From assembly GCA_963810065.1 (NCBI GenBank), contig CAWELX010000006.1, forward strand, positions 270,185-334,184: a stretch of 64,000 nucleotides of DNA, given 5' to 3'. The position numbers and the translations under genes were made by a program. Within the stretch, counting starts at the first letter, position 1. Each line of letters starts with the position of its first letter. Of this stretch, positions 50,838 through 61,256 are shown in pieces. This DNA is from an uncultured Chloroflexia bacterium. Lineage in GTDB: Bacteria; Chloroflexota; Limnocylindria; Limnocylindrales; CSP1-4. The notes below the pieces were generated by a model. The model was not told the origin of the DNA, did no database searches, and saw only the letters and a program-made list of their open reading frames with translations.

Positions 50838-51197
50838 GTGCCGTTCGACATCCAGGGGATCCGGATTCCCACGATCCAGAAGGACAACGTCGCGATCCGC
50901 TGTCGCGGATGCAGCGGCGTCATCGAGGGCACCCCGTTCCGGGTCAACGTGATGGACGTGGTCGCGACCGAGGTCGCCCAGTCGTGGGCCGGCTCCACGC
51001 CGATCAACCCGGGTCCGTACCAGTTCCACTCCGACCCCGCCTGCGCGCGGGCATGGATGCGCTCTCGCGGCTACCTGTTCTGCCGGCGTTCGGCCGTCCG
51101 CGAGCTCATGCGCCCCATCGTCGTCCCGGGTGACGAGCCCCGCCTCGGCCTCTGCGACGGGTTGCACAAGGACGACCACGAGCTCGTCCCCGCCTGA
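50838..51197 (+). CDS. Small hypothetical protein (119 aa) with CxxC (RCRGCSG) and a downstream HSDPAC. It may be a zinc-ribbon-like protein.
   Basis: GTG-initiated ORF after the repeat array. No family recognised. Confidence 0.3.
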   Translation: MPFDIQGIRIPTIQKDNVAIRCRGCSGVIEGTPFRVNVMDVVATEVAQSWAGSTPINPGPYQFHSDPACARAWMRSRGYLFCRRSAVRELMRPIVVPGDEPRLGLCDGLHKDDHELVPA

Positions 51198-52320
51198 GAG
51201 CGGCCCGCCGTCGCGGGCTCGCGAGGTCACCACCGCGTGCCTGTTCTTCCTACCCGCCGCGACCTCGCTGATCGCCCTCTTCTTCGCGCTCGCCCTGCTC
51301 GACCAGTGGCGCGAGCGGCGCCAGCCGTTCCAGCTCATCTGGGCTGCCGGCATGACCTTCTTCGGGATCGCCTCGGGCTGCGAGGCCGTCGCGGCGGCCG
51401 CCGGATGGAACGAGCCGCTGTACCGGACCTGGTACCTGACCGGCGCCGTCTGGACGGCCGGTTGGCTGGGCCTCGGGACCGCGTTCCTGCTGGGGCGCAC
51501 CCGCTTCGGGTATGCCTTCGCCTTCAGCCTCTTCCTGGCCGGGCTGTTCACCCTCCTCACCCAGCGCAGGTACCAGTACGAGGGCGCGGGGTCGACACCT
51601 GTCCTCTACTTCATCGCTGCGGGGATCCTGGCCCTCGCGGTGGCCGTGGAGACCTACTTCCAGAACGATCGCTGGCCGCGCATCGCGGCACTGGCGGTGG
51701 GGGGAGCGACCGCCCTGAGCCTCGTCCTGATGCTCGCGACGACGCTGCCGCCGCCCGGGTATGCGGTGGACCCGGCGACCGGCGTCCCGACCGCGGAGCT
51801 CTTCCCCGGCAGCCTCCGCCTGCTGACGCCGTTCCTCAACGTGACCGGCGGCCTGAGCCTGGCACTCGGCGCGATCTTCTCGGCCTACGTCTTCATGCCC
51901 AAGCGACGGGTGCTCGAGTACTCGCTGGACCCGAACCAGAAGGGCGACGAGTTCCTCTTCAACCTGCTCATCGCGCCCGTCGCCATCACGGTCAACTTCG
52001 TGGCCTCGCTTCCGGGCGCCGCCCGGGCCCTGGCGACGGGGAAGATCCACAGCCGGGTGCCGGCGACGATCCTGATCGCCATCGGGGCGTTCATGGCCTC
52101 GTCCGGCGACACCCTGGCGCGGTTCGGGGTCACCGACTTCTTCGAGCTCGGCAAGTTCCTGGCGGCCGTCTTCCTGTTCCTGGGGTTCCTGGTCAGCGTC
52201 GAGGCGTTCGCCGAGTTCCGGATCCCGTTCACGACGATCGTCCTGGTTCGCCGGCGGCCGGATGATCCGGCCGCGCCGCCCGGTTCGATCACGGCGGATC
52301 CCGGGGCGCCGGTCCCCTGA
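51130..52320 (+). CDS. Polytopic membrane protein of unknown function (about 10 TM helices). Start is uncertain.
   Basis: A long hydrophobic ORF. The ATG at 51130 overlaps the preceding ORF. Confidence 0.45.
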   Translation: MTSPASASATGCTRTTTSSSPPESGPPSRAREVTTACLFFLPAATSLIALFFALALLDQWRERRQPFQLIWAAGMTFFGIASGCEAVAAAAGWNEPLYRTWYLTGAVWTAGWLGLGTAFLLGRTRFGYAFAFSLFLAGLFTLLTQRRYQYEGAGSTPVLYFIAAGILALAVAVETYFQNDRWPRIAALAVGGATALSLVLMLATTLPPPGYAVDPATGVPTAELFPGSLRLLTPFLNVTGGLSLALGAIFSAYVFMPKRRVLEYSLDPNQKGDEFLFNLLIAPVAITVNFVASLPGAARALATGKIHSRVPATILIAIGAFMASSGDTLARFGVTDFFELGKFLAAVFLFLGFLVSVEAFAEFRIPFTTIVLVRRRPDDPAAPPGSITADPGAPVP

Positions 52321-52349
52321 GCAGGCTGGAGGGCGCTGCCGGCGGGACG

Positions 52350-53267
52350 TTGGCCGTCGCCGTCGCCGCGTGCCTCTTCGGGACCCTGGGGCCGGCATCG
52401 CGGGCGGCCTACGACGCCGGGCTGACGCCCACCGCGTTCTCGCTCTGGCGGGCCGTGATCGGCGCGCTGGCCCTGGCCGTCCTGCTGGGCTACCTGCACG
52501 CGCGGGGCCGCGACCGCGTGCGCTGGCGAGCGCTCCCGCCGCGAGCGCTCGCCGCCCTCCTGGTGGCCGGTTGCACGAGCCTCGTGCTCAACCTGGCGAT
52601 CTTCTCGGCCTTTCAGCGAACGAGCATCGCCCTCGCGCTGCTCGGGTTCTACACGTATCCGGCCCTGGTCGCCGGGGCCGCGGTGCTGATGGGCGAGGAG
52701 CGCCTGAACCGGACCCGCAGCACGGCGCTGCTGCTGGCGCTCGTCGGGATGACGATCGTCGTGCTCGGCGGCACGACCAGTGGCGGCGAGTTCGACGCCG
52801 CGGGGTTCGTCCTGGCGCTTTTCGCCGCGGCGATGCAGGCGGCCTACATCCTGTTGGGGAGGCGCGGATTCCGGGCCATCCCCTCCGAGGAGGCGACGTT
52901 CAGCGTCATCGCGATCACGGCCGTCGGGTTCGGCCTGCTCGTCCTGGGCACGGGGGCGGGTGAGGTGGCGACGCTCCCATTCCGGGAGCCGGCGGCGCTG
53001 CCGGCCCTGCTGTGGGCGGGGATCGCCGGAGCGGGCATCCCGGCGCTCCTCTTCCTCGTGGGCATCCGCTCCATCGGCCCGACGCGGACCTCGATCGTGG
53101 CGCTCCTGGAGCCGGTCTTCGGGGTGCTGCTCGCGGCGGCCCTGCTGGACGAGGTGCTGGGCCCGGTGCAGCTGGCGGGCGGGGCGCTGGTGCTGGCGGC
53201 CGCCGCCATGCTCCAGCGGGGCGGCGAGGACGCGGAGCCGCACGAGGCCGCCAGCGGGGCCGCCTGA
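52350..53267 (+). CDS. EamA/DMT-family transporter
   Basis: Ten TM helices and a duplicated EamA-like architecture. TTG start. Confidence 0.72.
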   Translation: MAVAVAACLFGTLGPASRAAYDAGLTPTAFSLWRAVIGALALAVLLGYLHARGRDRVRWRALPPRALAALLVAGCTSLVLNLAIFSAFQRTSIALALLGFYTYPALVAGAAVLMGEERLNRTRSTALLLALVGMTIVVLGGTTSGGEFDAAGFVLALFAAAMQAAYILLGRRGFRAIPSEEATFSVIAITAVGFGLLVLGTGAGEVATLPFREPAALPALLWAGIAGAGIPALLFLVGIRSIGPTRTSIVALLEPVFGVLLAAALLDEVLGPVQLAGGALVLAAAAMLQRGGEDAEPHEAASGAA

Positions 53268-53495
53268 CCACGCCCCGTGCGGCGGGTTTCGTCCGGCGCC
53301 GGCGGGCGCCCGTCCCGCGCCGGCGGGCGCCCCCCAGCCTCGGCGGGCGCCGCCCCCCGATCCCGCGTCGGCGGATGCCGTCCCCTCGCGCGTCGGCGGG
53401 CGCCGTCGTCCGGGTGGCCGGGGACCCCTCGCTATACTTGTCACACCCCGCCGGGCCGATCGGCCGGCCAGAGCCACCTTCACCTCCGAGGTCCG

Positions 53496-54368
53496 ATGCG
53501 CGTTCGCAAGGCCGTGTTCCCTGCCGCGGGCTGGGGCACCCGCTTCCTTCCTGCCACGAAAGCCCAGCCCAAGGAGATGCTCCCGCTCGTCGATCGGCCG
53601 GTGATCCAGTACGCAGTCGAGGAGGCCGTCGCCGCCGGCATCGAGCAGGTGATCATCGTCACCTCCAGCCAGAAGCGCGCGATCGAGGACCACTTCGACC
53701 TCAACTACGAGCTCGAGCACCTGCTGGAGGAGCGCGGCGAGATCGACATGCTGCGCCAGATCCGGCACATCAGCGACCTCGCCCAGATCGCCTACGTGCG
53801 CCAGAAGGAGCAGCTCGGCCTCGGCCACGCGGTCCTCATGGCCAAGGAGCTCGTGGGTCATGAGCCGTTCGCCGTGATCCTCTCCGACGACGTGGTGGTG
53901 GGCGAGCGTCCCTGCATCGGCCAGCTGATCCACGCCTACCACCAGACCCACGGCTCGGTGGTGGCCATCATGGAGGTTCCGCCGGAGGACACCGCCCGCT
54001 ATGGCGTCATCGGCGGGGCCCCGGTCGAGGGTCACGGGGACCGCCTCTGGAACGTCAACCGGGTGGTGGAGAAGCCCAAGCCGGAGGACGCGCCGTCGAA
54101 CATGGCGATCATCGGGCGCTATGTCCTCACCCCGAAGATCTTCGACAAGCTGGAGCAGACGCCCCGCGGCGCCGGGGGCGAGATCCAGCTGACCGACGCC
54201 ATCGAGGCCCTCATGGAGGAGCAGCCCGTCCACGGGTATGTCTTCGAGGGAACCCGCTACGATGCCGGGACCACCATGGGCTGGCTGAAGGCATCGGTCG
54301 AGCTCGCGCTGGCGCGGCCCGACCTGGGCCCCGAGTTCGGGGACTACCTCCGAGGCCTCGAGCTCTGA
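53496..54368 (+). CDS. galU: UTP--glucose-1-phosphate uridylyltransferase
   Basis: …KAVFPAAGWGTRFLPATKAQPKEMLPLVDRPVIQY… is the GalU signature. Confidence 0.9.
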   Translation: MRVRKAVFPAAGWGTRFLPATKAQPKEMLPLVDRPVIQYAVEEAVAAGIEQVIIVTSSQKRAIEDHFDLNYELEHLLEERGEIDMLRQIRHISDLAQIAYVRQKEQLGLGHAVLMAKELVGHEPFAVILSDDVVVGERPCIGQLIHAYHQTHGSVVAIMEVPPEDTARYGVIGGAPVEGHGDRLWNVNRVVEKPKPEDAPSNMAIIGRYVLTPKIFDKLEQTPRGAGGEIQLTDAIEALMEEQPVHGYVFEGTRYDAGTTMGWLKASVELALARPDLGPEFGDYLRGLEL

Positions 54369-54411
54369 TCTCGCTCCAACCGACGATCCAGATCACACGG
54401 GAGAAGCAGGA

Positions 54412-56277
54412 GTGGTAGCGCTCGGCGACGTGCTCGGCGGCCGGTACCGGCTCGTGGAGCTTCTTGGCCAGGGCGGGATGGCGACGATCTATCGCGCCAC
54501 TGACGCCCAGCTCGGCCGCGAGGTGGCCGTCAAGGTCCTGCACCCGGAATACGGGCGGGACCCCGACTTCGTCGCGCGGTTCAAGCAGGAGGCGCAGGCC
54601 GCGGCCAGCCTGAGCCATCCCAACATTGTCGGGGTCTACGACTTCGGCACCGACGCCGGCGGCCCGTACATCGTCATGGAGCTGGTCGACGGCGAGGACG
54701 TCGCGACGCTCCTCGCCCGCAACGGCCCGCTGCCGCCCCGCCAGGCGGCCCGGCTGGCGGCCGAGGTTGCCCACGCCCTGGGCGCCGCCCACGCGCGAGG
54801 CATCGTCCACCGGGACGTGAAGCCCGGCAACATCCTGGTGTCGGCCGACGGCCGGGTGAAGGTGACCGACTTCGGGATCGCCCGCGCCTGGGCCGACGCA
54901 CGGCTCACGCTGCCCGGCGTGACCCTGGGGTCGGTCCACTACTTCAGCCCGGAGCAGGCGCTCGGCGAGCAGGCGACCGAGGCGTCCGACATCTACAGCC
55001 TGGGCATCGTGCTCTATGAGCTCCTCACCGGCCGTCGTCCCTGGGAGGGCGACAACGCCGCGGCCGTGGCGATGGCGCGGATCTCGGCGCCGCCGCCGCT
55101 GGTCTCGGATGTCCGGCCCAACGTGCCGCCGGTCCTCGAGGCGATCGACCGCCGGGCGCTGAGCCCGGATCCTGCCAACCGCTTCCCGACCGCCGGTGCG
55201 ATGGCCGATGCCCTGGAGGCATTCCTCGACGAGGGCGCGCCCCGCCCGGCCGCGGGGGCGCCGATCGCCGCCGGGGCCGTCGCGGGAGCCACCCTGGCAG
55301 CCACCGCGGCACGTCCGTATCCGCCCGATGCCTACGCCGGCGCGCCGGGGGCTGTCTCGCCGCCGCCCGCCCCGCCGCCCCCGGTTCCCGCAGACGACCC
55401 GGAGCCCGAACCCGAGGACGCGCGCCGCCAGAGCCCATGGATCTGGCTTGCCGGGCTTGCCGGGCTCGTGATCCTCGTGGTCGTCGGCTTCCTCCTGTTC
55501 CGCATGCTTGCCTCCAACGAGCCGGCCACAACCCCCGGACCGGGCACGGTGGTCCTCCCATCGTTCATCGAGCAGTCGTACGACAACGCCGCTGCCACGG
55601 CGCAGCAGCTCGAGATCACCCTCGAGCCGGCGTACGTGAAGCGCAACGACAAGCCGGAGGGAACGATCGTCGGCCAGGAACCGCCGGCGGGCACCACCGT
55701 CGACAAGGGATCGACCGTCAAGGTCGAGGTCGTCTCGGGCAAGGAGCTCGTCGCGGTTCCCCAGCTGGAGGGGCTTCCCGAGGCCGACGCCATCAGGGCG
55801 ATCAGCGACGCCAAGCTGACCCTCGGTGCGCGCACGGCCGACTATGACCCGGCGATCGCCGCCGGCTCGGTCATCGCCACCGCCATCCCGGCCGGGACCG
55901 AGGTTCCCACGGGCACGGCCATCGACTACGAGGTCTCGAAGGGTCCCGAGCCGACGCCCAGCCCGACGCCCACCCCGGTGCCTACTGCGGCGCCGACGCC
56001 CACCCCGGCCCCCACGCCGCCGCCGACGCCCACCCCGGCACCCACGCCCACGCCGGCACCCACCCCGACCCCGGTGCCGACGGTGACCGTTGGCACCTAC
56101 ACCGGGCTGACGGTGGCTGCCGCCAAGGCCCAGGCCACGTCCGAGGGCCTCGCGATCCAGTGGCAGGGCGCCACGCCTGCCGACACCGACGTCGTGACGG
56201 CGCAGAACCCGGCGCCCGGAACCGAGGTCAAGGTCGGCTCGTCGATTCTCCTGTCCGCGAGCCCGCCGGCGCCGTAG
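54412..56277 (+). CDS. Ser/Thr protein kinase with a TM helix, three PASTA domains and a Pro/Thr-rich linker (PknB-like)
   Basis: …[11 protein letters not shown]…DFGIARA… kinase subdomains. PASTA-like repeats after the TM. (PTPTPAPT)n linker. Confidence 0.85.
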   Translation: MVALGDVLGGRYRLVELLGQGGMATIYRATDAQLGREVAVKVLHPEYGRDPDFVARFKQEAQAAASLSHPNIVGVYDFGTDAGGPYIVMELVDGEDVATLLARNGPLPPRQAARLAAEVAHALGAAHARGIVHRDVKPGNILVSADGRVKVTDFGIARAWADARLTLPGVTLGSVHYFSPEQALGEQATEASDIYSLGIVLYELLTGRRPWEGDNAAAVAMARISAPPPLVSDVRPNVPPVLEAIDRRALSPDPANRFPTAGAMADALEAFLDEGAPRPAAGAPIAAGAVAGATLAATAARPYPPDAYAGAPGAVSPPPAPPPPVPADDPEPEPEDARRQSPWIWLAGLAGLVILVVVGFLLFRMLASNEPATTPGPGTVVLPSFIEQSYDNAAATAQQLEITLEPAYVKRNDKPEGTIVGQEPPAGTTVDKGSTVKVEVVSGKELVAVPQLEGLPEADAIRAISDAKLTLGARTADYDPAIAAGSVIATAIPAGTEVPTGTAIDYEVSKGPEPTPSPTPTPVPTAAPTPTPAPTPPPTPTPAPTPTPAPTPTPVPTVTVGTYTGLTVAAAKAQATSEGLAIQWQGATPADTDVVTAQNPAPGTEVKVGSSILLSASPPAP

Positions 56278-56325
56278 CGCCAGCACGCCGGCGCCGTAGC
56301 GCCAGCACACCCGATCCGGGCCGCC

Positions 56326-56685
56326 TCAGGCCTCGGGGTCGGCCCAGATCCCGCCGGGAACGGCGAAGATGGGGCCGAGCGGGTCGACGACCGGGAGAGC
56401 GTCCGGGCCGACCGTCCTCCCGGGACGCACGGGCCGCCAGCAGCCGTGCAGCTCGTCGCCGCGCAGCGGCACCGCCCGTGGGTCCAGCCCACAGGTGCCG
56501 CCGATCAGGGGCGCAACGGACCGCCGGAAGTGGACGCAGGTCGCGCAGCTGGTGCTCGAGCGCCGGCACACCCAGCAGCGCGCGACCTCGGGCTGCGGCG
56601 TGCGGCAATGCGGGCATCGCCAGTTCGGCATGCGCGGATCGTAGCTGCGCACGCACGGACTGTCGAGGGGCTTCCTCGTGCTCAT
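56326..56685 (-). CDS. Small Cys-rich hypothetical protein (CPHC…CWVC…C…C)
   Basis: An ORF with four CxxC-like pairs. Uncertain. Confidence 0.25.
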   Translation of the reverse strand: MSTRKPLDSPCVRSYDPRMPNWRCPHCRTPQPEVARCWVCRRSSTSCATCVHFRRSVAPLIGGTCGLDPRAVPLRGDELHGCWRPVRPGRTVGPDALPVVDPLGPIFAVPGGIWADPEA

Positions 56686-56816
56686 CGAACGGGTGATCGG
56701 ATCGAACGGACGGTCTGTCGGTCGTTCGCGACGGTCGGAGGCTCCGCCGACGACCGGCGACCGCGCAGCGGCGTGCGCACGCAGCGCCCCGCGGCCGTGC
56801 CGTGACCGAGCTGCGC

Positions 56817-58016
56817 CTACTTGATGATCGTGATCGAGATGCGGCCCGAGGTGGCGCCGTACTTGGCGGTGCTGACGCGGGCCGTAGCGAGGCCACTGCC
56901 CTGGGTGGCGCCGGCCGGGATGGTCGTCCGGAACGTCGCGCTGCCCGAGGCGTTGGTGGTGTCCTCGCCGGTCAGTGCCGGAACGCCGGGGATCGTAAGG
57001 GTGAATGTCACGTCCTGGCCCGCCAGCGGCCGCCCGTTCGGGTCGGTCACGACCGCCTGCACGGTGATCGTGCGCGGCAGGCGGGCGGCGCTGATCCGGT
57101 AGGCCGAAGCCGAGATCGCGATGCTGAGCTCGCCCGAGCCGCGTCGCACGCTGATGACTGCGCTGCCGACGTTGCCCGCACGGTCGGTTACCGTGAGGGC
57201 GATGCCGTTCGTGCCGGAGCTGATCGGGACCTCCAGCGTGAAGGCGCCGTTCGTGTGGGCCTGGGTCGTCGCGGCCGTGCCGTTCGCCTCGTTCCGGGCG
57301 ACCACGGTGGACTTGCCCTGGGTCTTGCCCGTGATCTGCACCGTGCTGCCGTTGACCGTGGCCCGGTTCTTGGGCGACGTGATCGTGATCTTCGGCTTGG
57401 TCCGGTCGAGGACGTAGGTGATCACGGTCGACGAATCGCTCTCGCCCCCGGGGCCGACCAGCGTGGCCGTCAGGTCATTGCGCCCCGGCTCCAGCGGCAG
57501 TCCCTCGGTGAGGAACGACGACGTCTCGCCGACGGCGACGTCGCGCACGGCGACGGGTTCCCGCTCGGGCAGCGCGACGTAGATGCGGATGACGAAGCCG
57601 GAGCGTCCGACGACCTCCTGGGGCACCGTCCCCAGCACGGTCGTGGTGGGCTTGTTCGTGTAGGGATTCTCCGGGGCGGTGAGCGTTGGGGCAGCCGGGA
57701 CCGGGAGGAGCGTCTGGCTGGGGACCGGCGTCTGGAGGAACGTGTCGGTGATCCCGCCGAGGGCGCTCCCGAAGGAGGCGACGACGCGCGGGAGGACGCC
57801 GGTCACGGTGGTCACGACGACCGCAGCCAGGGCGACCACGGCGACCACGAGCGCGACGCGTGCCACCAGGGGCATCCCGCGCGCGGGCTCCGGCGCGCGC
57901 ATGCCGACGGTCCGGGGGACGACCGGCCGGCGCGACGCCGGCGGCAGCTGGCGGGGGCGGCCGGAGGAGGGAGGTCGGGGGCGTACCGGACTCGGTCGGT
58001 CGCGACGGGAGGTCAT
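56817..58016 (-). CDS. Membrane-anchored protein with bacterial Ig-like (Big) domains
   Basis: N-terminal TM helix (…LVARVALVVAVVALAAVVV…), then beta-rich repeats (…ITITSPKNRATVNGSTVQITGKT…TVTDRAGNVG…). Confidence 0.5.
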   Translation of the reverse strand: MTSRRDRPSPVRPRPPSSGRPRQLPPASRRPVVPRTVGMRAPEPARGMPLVARVALVVAVVALAAVVVTTVTGVLPRVVASFGSALGGITDTFLQTPVPSQTLLPVPAAPTLTAPENPYTNKPTTTVLGTVPQEVVGRSGFVIRIYVALPEREPVAVRDVAVGETSSFLTEGLPLEPGRNDLTATLVGPGGESDSSTVITYVLDRTKPKITITSPKNRATVNGSTVQITGKTQGKSTVVARNEANGTAATTQAHTNGAFTLEVPISSGTNGIALTVTDRAGNVGSAVISVRRGSGELSIAISASAYRISAARLPRTITVQAVVTDPNGRPLAGQDVTFTLTIPGVPALTGEDTTNASGSATFRTTIPAGATQGSGLATARVSTAKYGATSGRISITIIK

Positions 58017-58397
58017 CGGGGTGCATTGTCGCACGGCGGTCGGGAGAGGCCACCTGCCTCGTCTTCGGCGTCGCGGCTGCAATGCGTGCTCCCGCCTGCG
58101 ATGCGGTCCGGTGTACGCTGGGGCCCTTCGCGCACGTCCGGGGCGTGCGCTTGCGGAGGGCGGTTCGTGACAGACAGCGAGCAGACGCGGCACAGGCCGT
58201 CGCAGGTCGCCACCGGGCCGGCCGGCCGGCATGCCACGGCGCACTCGCGCGAGCCGCGTCCCGCTCCCGTGAGCACGTTCCGCACTGTCGTCGGCGTGGG
58301 TCCCGGCACCCGCCCGGCGGCGCGCCTGTCGCCGATCGCCTCGGGCCCGGGACGTTCGGCCGGCCCTCGGCCGGCGCCGCCTCAGCCGCCGCGTCCC

Positions 58398-58763
58398 ATG
58401 CACCCGCCGATCGCGCGCGTGACGGACCAGCGCGGGCTCCCAGCGCCGGCCCTGCAGGCGACGGTCGTCGTGGCGCGCCCCGGCCGCCCCGGCGCGGCAC
58501 CGGGAGGCGGCGCGGCGCGGACCGGCTTCGGGATGCCCAGCCTGCGGCGCAACGTGTGCCCCCACTTCTTCATGACCGGTGCCCGCGGGGCGATGCCCAT
58601 CCAGGCCCCGCACCTCCTGAAGGCGCTGGTTCGCCAGGAGGCCAACGTGTCGCGCTGCCAGCTCCGTGGCGGCGTCCACATGGAGCAGGGCTTCGTGAAC
58701 GACGTGTGCCTCTCGGCGCGCTTCAACCAGTGCGTCTTCTACGAGGACGAGCTGTCGCGGTGA
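58398..58763 (+). CDS. Hypothetical protein with a conserved-looking Cys-containing C-terminus (…CPHFFMTGARGAMPIQAPHLLKALVRQEANVSRCQLRGGVHMEQGFVNDVCLSARFNQCVFYEDELSR). Start is uncertain.
   Basis: An ORF ending exactly at the folC start. An N-terminal extension back to the GTG at 58163 is possible. Confidence 0.3.
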   Translation: MHPPIARVTDQRGLPAPALQATVVVARPGRPGAAPGGGAARTGFGMPSLRRNVCPHFFMTGARGAMPIQAPHLLKALVRQEANVSRCQLRGGVHMEQGFVNDVCLSARFNQCVFYEDELSR

Positions 58764-60172
58764 TGCTGCCGGGGCGGCCCGGGGACGGGTTCGTGCCTTC
58801 GCCAGTGCTCCCCGCGACGTACGCCGAGGCGGTTGCCGCCGTCCAGTCGCGAGGACGCTTCGGCATCCGCCTTGGGCTTGGGCGCACGCAGGCGCTGCTC
58901 CGAGGGCTCGGCAACCCCGAGCGTGGCCTCCGCGGGGCCCTGATCGGCGGCACGAACGGCAAGGGCAGCGTCGTCGCCCTCGTCTCGGCCTGCCTGGACG
59001 CGGCGGGGCGGCGGGCCGGCGACACGCCCAAGCCGCACCTGGTGACCTACCGCGAGCGCCTCCGGATCGGCGGCCGCCCGATCGACCCGGAGGCCTTCAC
59101 CGACCTGGTCCGGGCCGTGCTGCCCGTCGCGGACGGCGTGGCCCGGCGTCATGGCCCGCCGACCGAGTTCGAGCTGATGACGGCGCTGGCCTTCCTGTGG
59201 TTCGCCCGCGAGGCAGTCGAGCTCGCCGTGGTCGAGGTGGGACTCGGCGGCCGGCTCGACGCGACGCACGCGTGGGACGGTGGCGTCGCAGCCGTCACGA
59301 ACGTCGACCTGGACCACACGGAGTGGCTGGGTCCGACGATCCCGCTGATCGCCCGCGAGAAGGCCGCGATCATCGGTCGCGGCGATCGAGCAGTGACCGG
59401 GGCGACGGGGGCCGCGCTCGGCGTGCTGCGCCGGCGGGCGCGCCGTCTTGGCGTCGACCTCGTGGAGGCCCCGCCGGCGCCCGTGCGGTCGATGGATCGC
59501 GCGGGCCTTGTCGTGGATCTGCCCGGCCTGGGCGCCACGCGGGTCGGCCTGCTGGGCAGGCACCAGGCGGCGAACGTCGCCGTCGCCGATGCCGTGCTGG
59601 ATGCGCTCGCCGCTGCCGGGATCGTGGACGTGCCGCCCGCGGCGCGCCGGGCCGGGTACGCCGCCGCCCGGTGGCCGGGCCGCCTCGAGCTCATCGGCGT
59701 CGCGGGCGCGGGTCCCGGGGGCTCGGACGCGGAGGTGCTCCTCGACGGCGCCCACAACCCGGCCGGCGCCCGGGCGCTCGCGGCCGCGCTCGACGAGCTG
59801 CGCCCGCTCCTCCGCGACGGCGAGGTACGGCGGCCGGCGCCGACGACCCTCGTGCTGGCGATCATGGGCGACAAGGACGTGGACGGAGTCCTGGGCGCGC
59901 TGGCCGCCGCCGAATCGCTGGCCGGCAGTCGCGTCCTGGCGACGCAGGTCGAGGGCCCGCGGGCGCTCCCCGCCGAGGCTCTTGCCGCCCGCTGGTCCGC
60001 CGCAGCCGGGGAGCGGTCCGGCACCGTCGCGGCCGTGCCGGATCCGGTCTCCGCGGTCGCGGCCGCCGTTGCCGGCGCCGAAGGACCCGTCGTCGTGGCC
60101 GGGTCGCTCTACCTGGTCGGCGCCGCCCGGGCGCTCCTCGTGGACGACCCGGCGCTGCGCGACCCGGCGTAG
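58763..60172 (+). CDS. folC: Bifunctional dihydrofolate synthase / folylpolyglutamate synthase
   Basis: …GGTNGKGSVVAL… P-loop plus the Mur-ligase family architecture. Confidence 0.85.
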   Translation: MLPGRPGDGFVPSPVLPATYAEAVAAVQSRGRFGIRLGLGRTQALLRGLGNPERGLRGALIGGTNGKGSVVALVSACLDAAGRRAGDTPKPHLVTYRERLRIGGRPIDPEAFTDLVRAVLPVADGVARRHGPPTEFELMTALAFLWFAREAVELAVVEVGLGGRLDATHAWDGGVAAVTNVDLDHTEWLGPTIPLIAREKAAIIGRGDRAVTGATGAALGVLRRRARRLGVDLVEAPPAPVRSMDRAGLVVDLPGLGATRVGLLGRHQAANVAVADAVLDALAAAGIVDVPPAARRAGYAAARWPGRLELIGVAGAGPGGSDAEVLLDGAHNPAGARALAAALDELRPLLRDGEVRRPAPTTLVLAIMGDKDVDGVLGALAAAESLAGSRVLATQVEGPRALPAEALAARWSAAAGERSGTVAAVPDPVSAVAAAVAGAEGPVVVAGSLYLVGAARALLVDDPALRDPA

Positions 60173-60182
60173 GATCGCGCCC

Positions 60183-61256
60183 ATGGGCCCCGCCGACCGT
60201 CTTCCCGCCGACCCGTCGCCCATCGCCGACCCGTCGCCCGCCGGCAATCGTCCCTTCGCCCAAGCGCCGCCCATCGCCGACCGTGATCTGCCGGCGGAGC
60301 GGGGGATCGTGGAACCCGACCCGGAGCGCGGCGGCGGCGCCGCGACGCCGTCGTTCGCCGCGCCGGCGGGCGCGGCCGCGGGCCTGCCCGGGGTGCCGTC
60401 CCCGCTCGTGATCGGCCCGCGGACGTTCACCTGGGGGACTCGCACCTACGTGATGGGCATCCTCAACGTGACCCCGGACTCCTTCTCCGGCGACGGGCTG
60501 CTGGCCCTGGGCGGGGATCCGGTGCCGGCGGTCGTGGCCCGGGCGCGGCAGATGGCCGAGGAGGGCGCCGACGTGCTGGACGTCGGCGGCGCTTCCTCCC
60601 GGCCGGGTCACGCCCCGGTGGACGTCGCGGAGGAGATCGCCCGCGTCGTGCCCGCCGTCCGCGCCCTGCGCACAGCGCTTCCGGAGATGCCGCTGTCGGT
60701 CGACACGACGCAGCCCGGCGTCGCCGCCGCCGCCCTCGACGCCGGCGCCCACATGGTCAACGACGTGTGGGGCGTGGCCGACGACGACCGCCTGGCCCGG
60801 ATGGCCGCGGAGCGCGGCGTCCCGCTCGTGCTCATGCACAACCGCGCCGAGGCCCGCTACACGGCGCTGCTGGCGGAGATCGTGGCCGACCTGCAGCGGG
60901 CGGTCGAGCGCGCGATGCGAGCCGGCGTGGCATGGGAGCGTCTGATCGTGGACCCGGGGTTCGGGTTCGGGAAGGCGCCGGACCAGAACCTGGCGCTGCT
61001 CCGCGGCCTGCCGGCGCTGGGCGTGCTGGGGCGCCCGGTGCTCCTCGGGACGTCGCGCAAGTCGACGCTGGGGAAGGTGCTGGACCTGCCGCCCGGCGAG
61101 CGCGTCGAGGCGACCGCCGCCACGACCGTCCTGGGGGTCGCGGGCGGCGTGGACATGGTTCGCGTCCACGACGTGCTGGCCAACGTCCGCGCGGCAAGGA
61201 TCGCTGACGCCGTGGTCCGCGGCTGGCGGCCCGGCGGGTGGGAGGCGGGACGATGA
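60183..61256 (+). CDS. folP: Dihydropteroate synthase (with a roughly 70-aa N-terminal extension)
   Basis: …VMGILNVTPDSFSGDG…DVGGASSRPG…VDTTQ… pterin-binding motifs. Confidence 0.85.
   Translation: MGPADRLPADPSPIADPSPAGNRPFAQAPPIADRDLPAERGIVEPDPERGGGAATPSFAAPAGAAAGLPGVPSPLVIGPRTFTWGTRTYVMGILNVTPDSFSGDGLLALGGDPVPAVVARARQMAEEGADVLDVGGASSRPGHAPVDVAEEIARVVPAVRALRTALPEMPLSVDTTQPGVAAAALDAGAHMVNDVWGVADDDRLARMAAERGVPLVLMHNRAEARYTALLAEIVADLQRAVERAMRAGVAWERLIVDPGFGFGKAPDQNLALLRGLPALGVLGRPVLLGTSRKSTLGKVLDLPPGERVEATAATTVLGVAGGVDMVRVHDVLANVRAARIADAVVRGWRPGGWEAGR

Noticed and set aside
59448-61256. 602-aa ORF spanning the folC 3' end and folP
   Set aside because: Upstream of the ATG at 60183 the same frame is an out-of-frame read of folC. 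folP proper starts at 60183.
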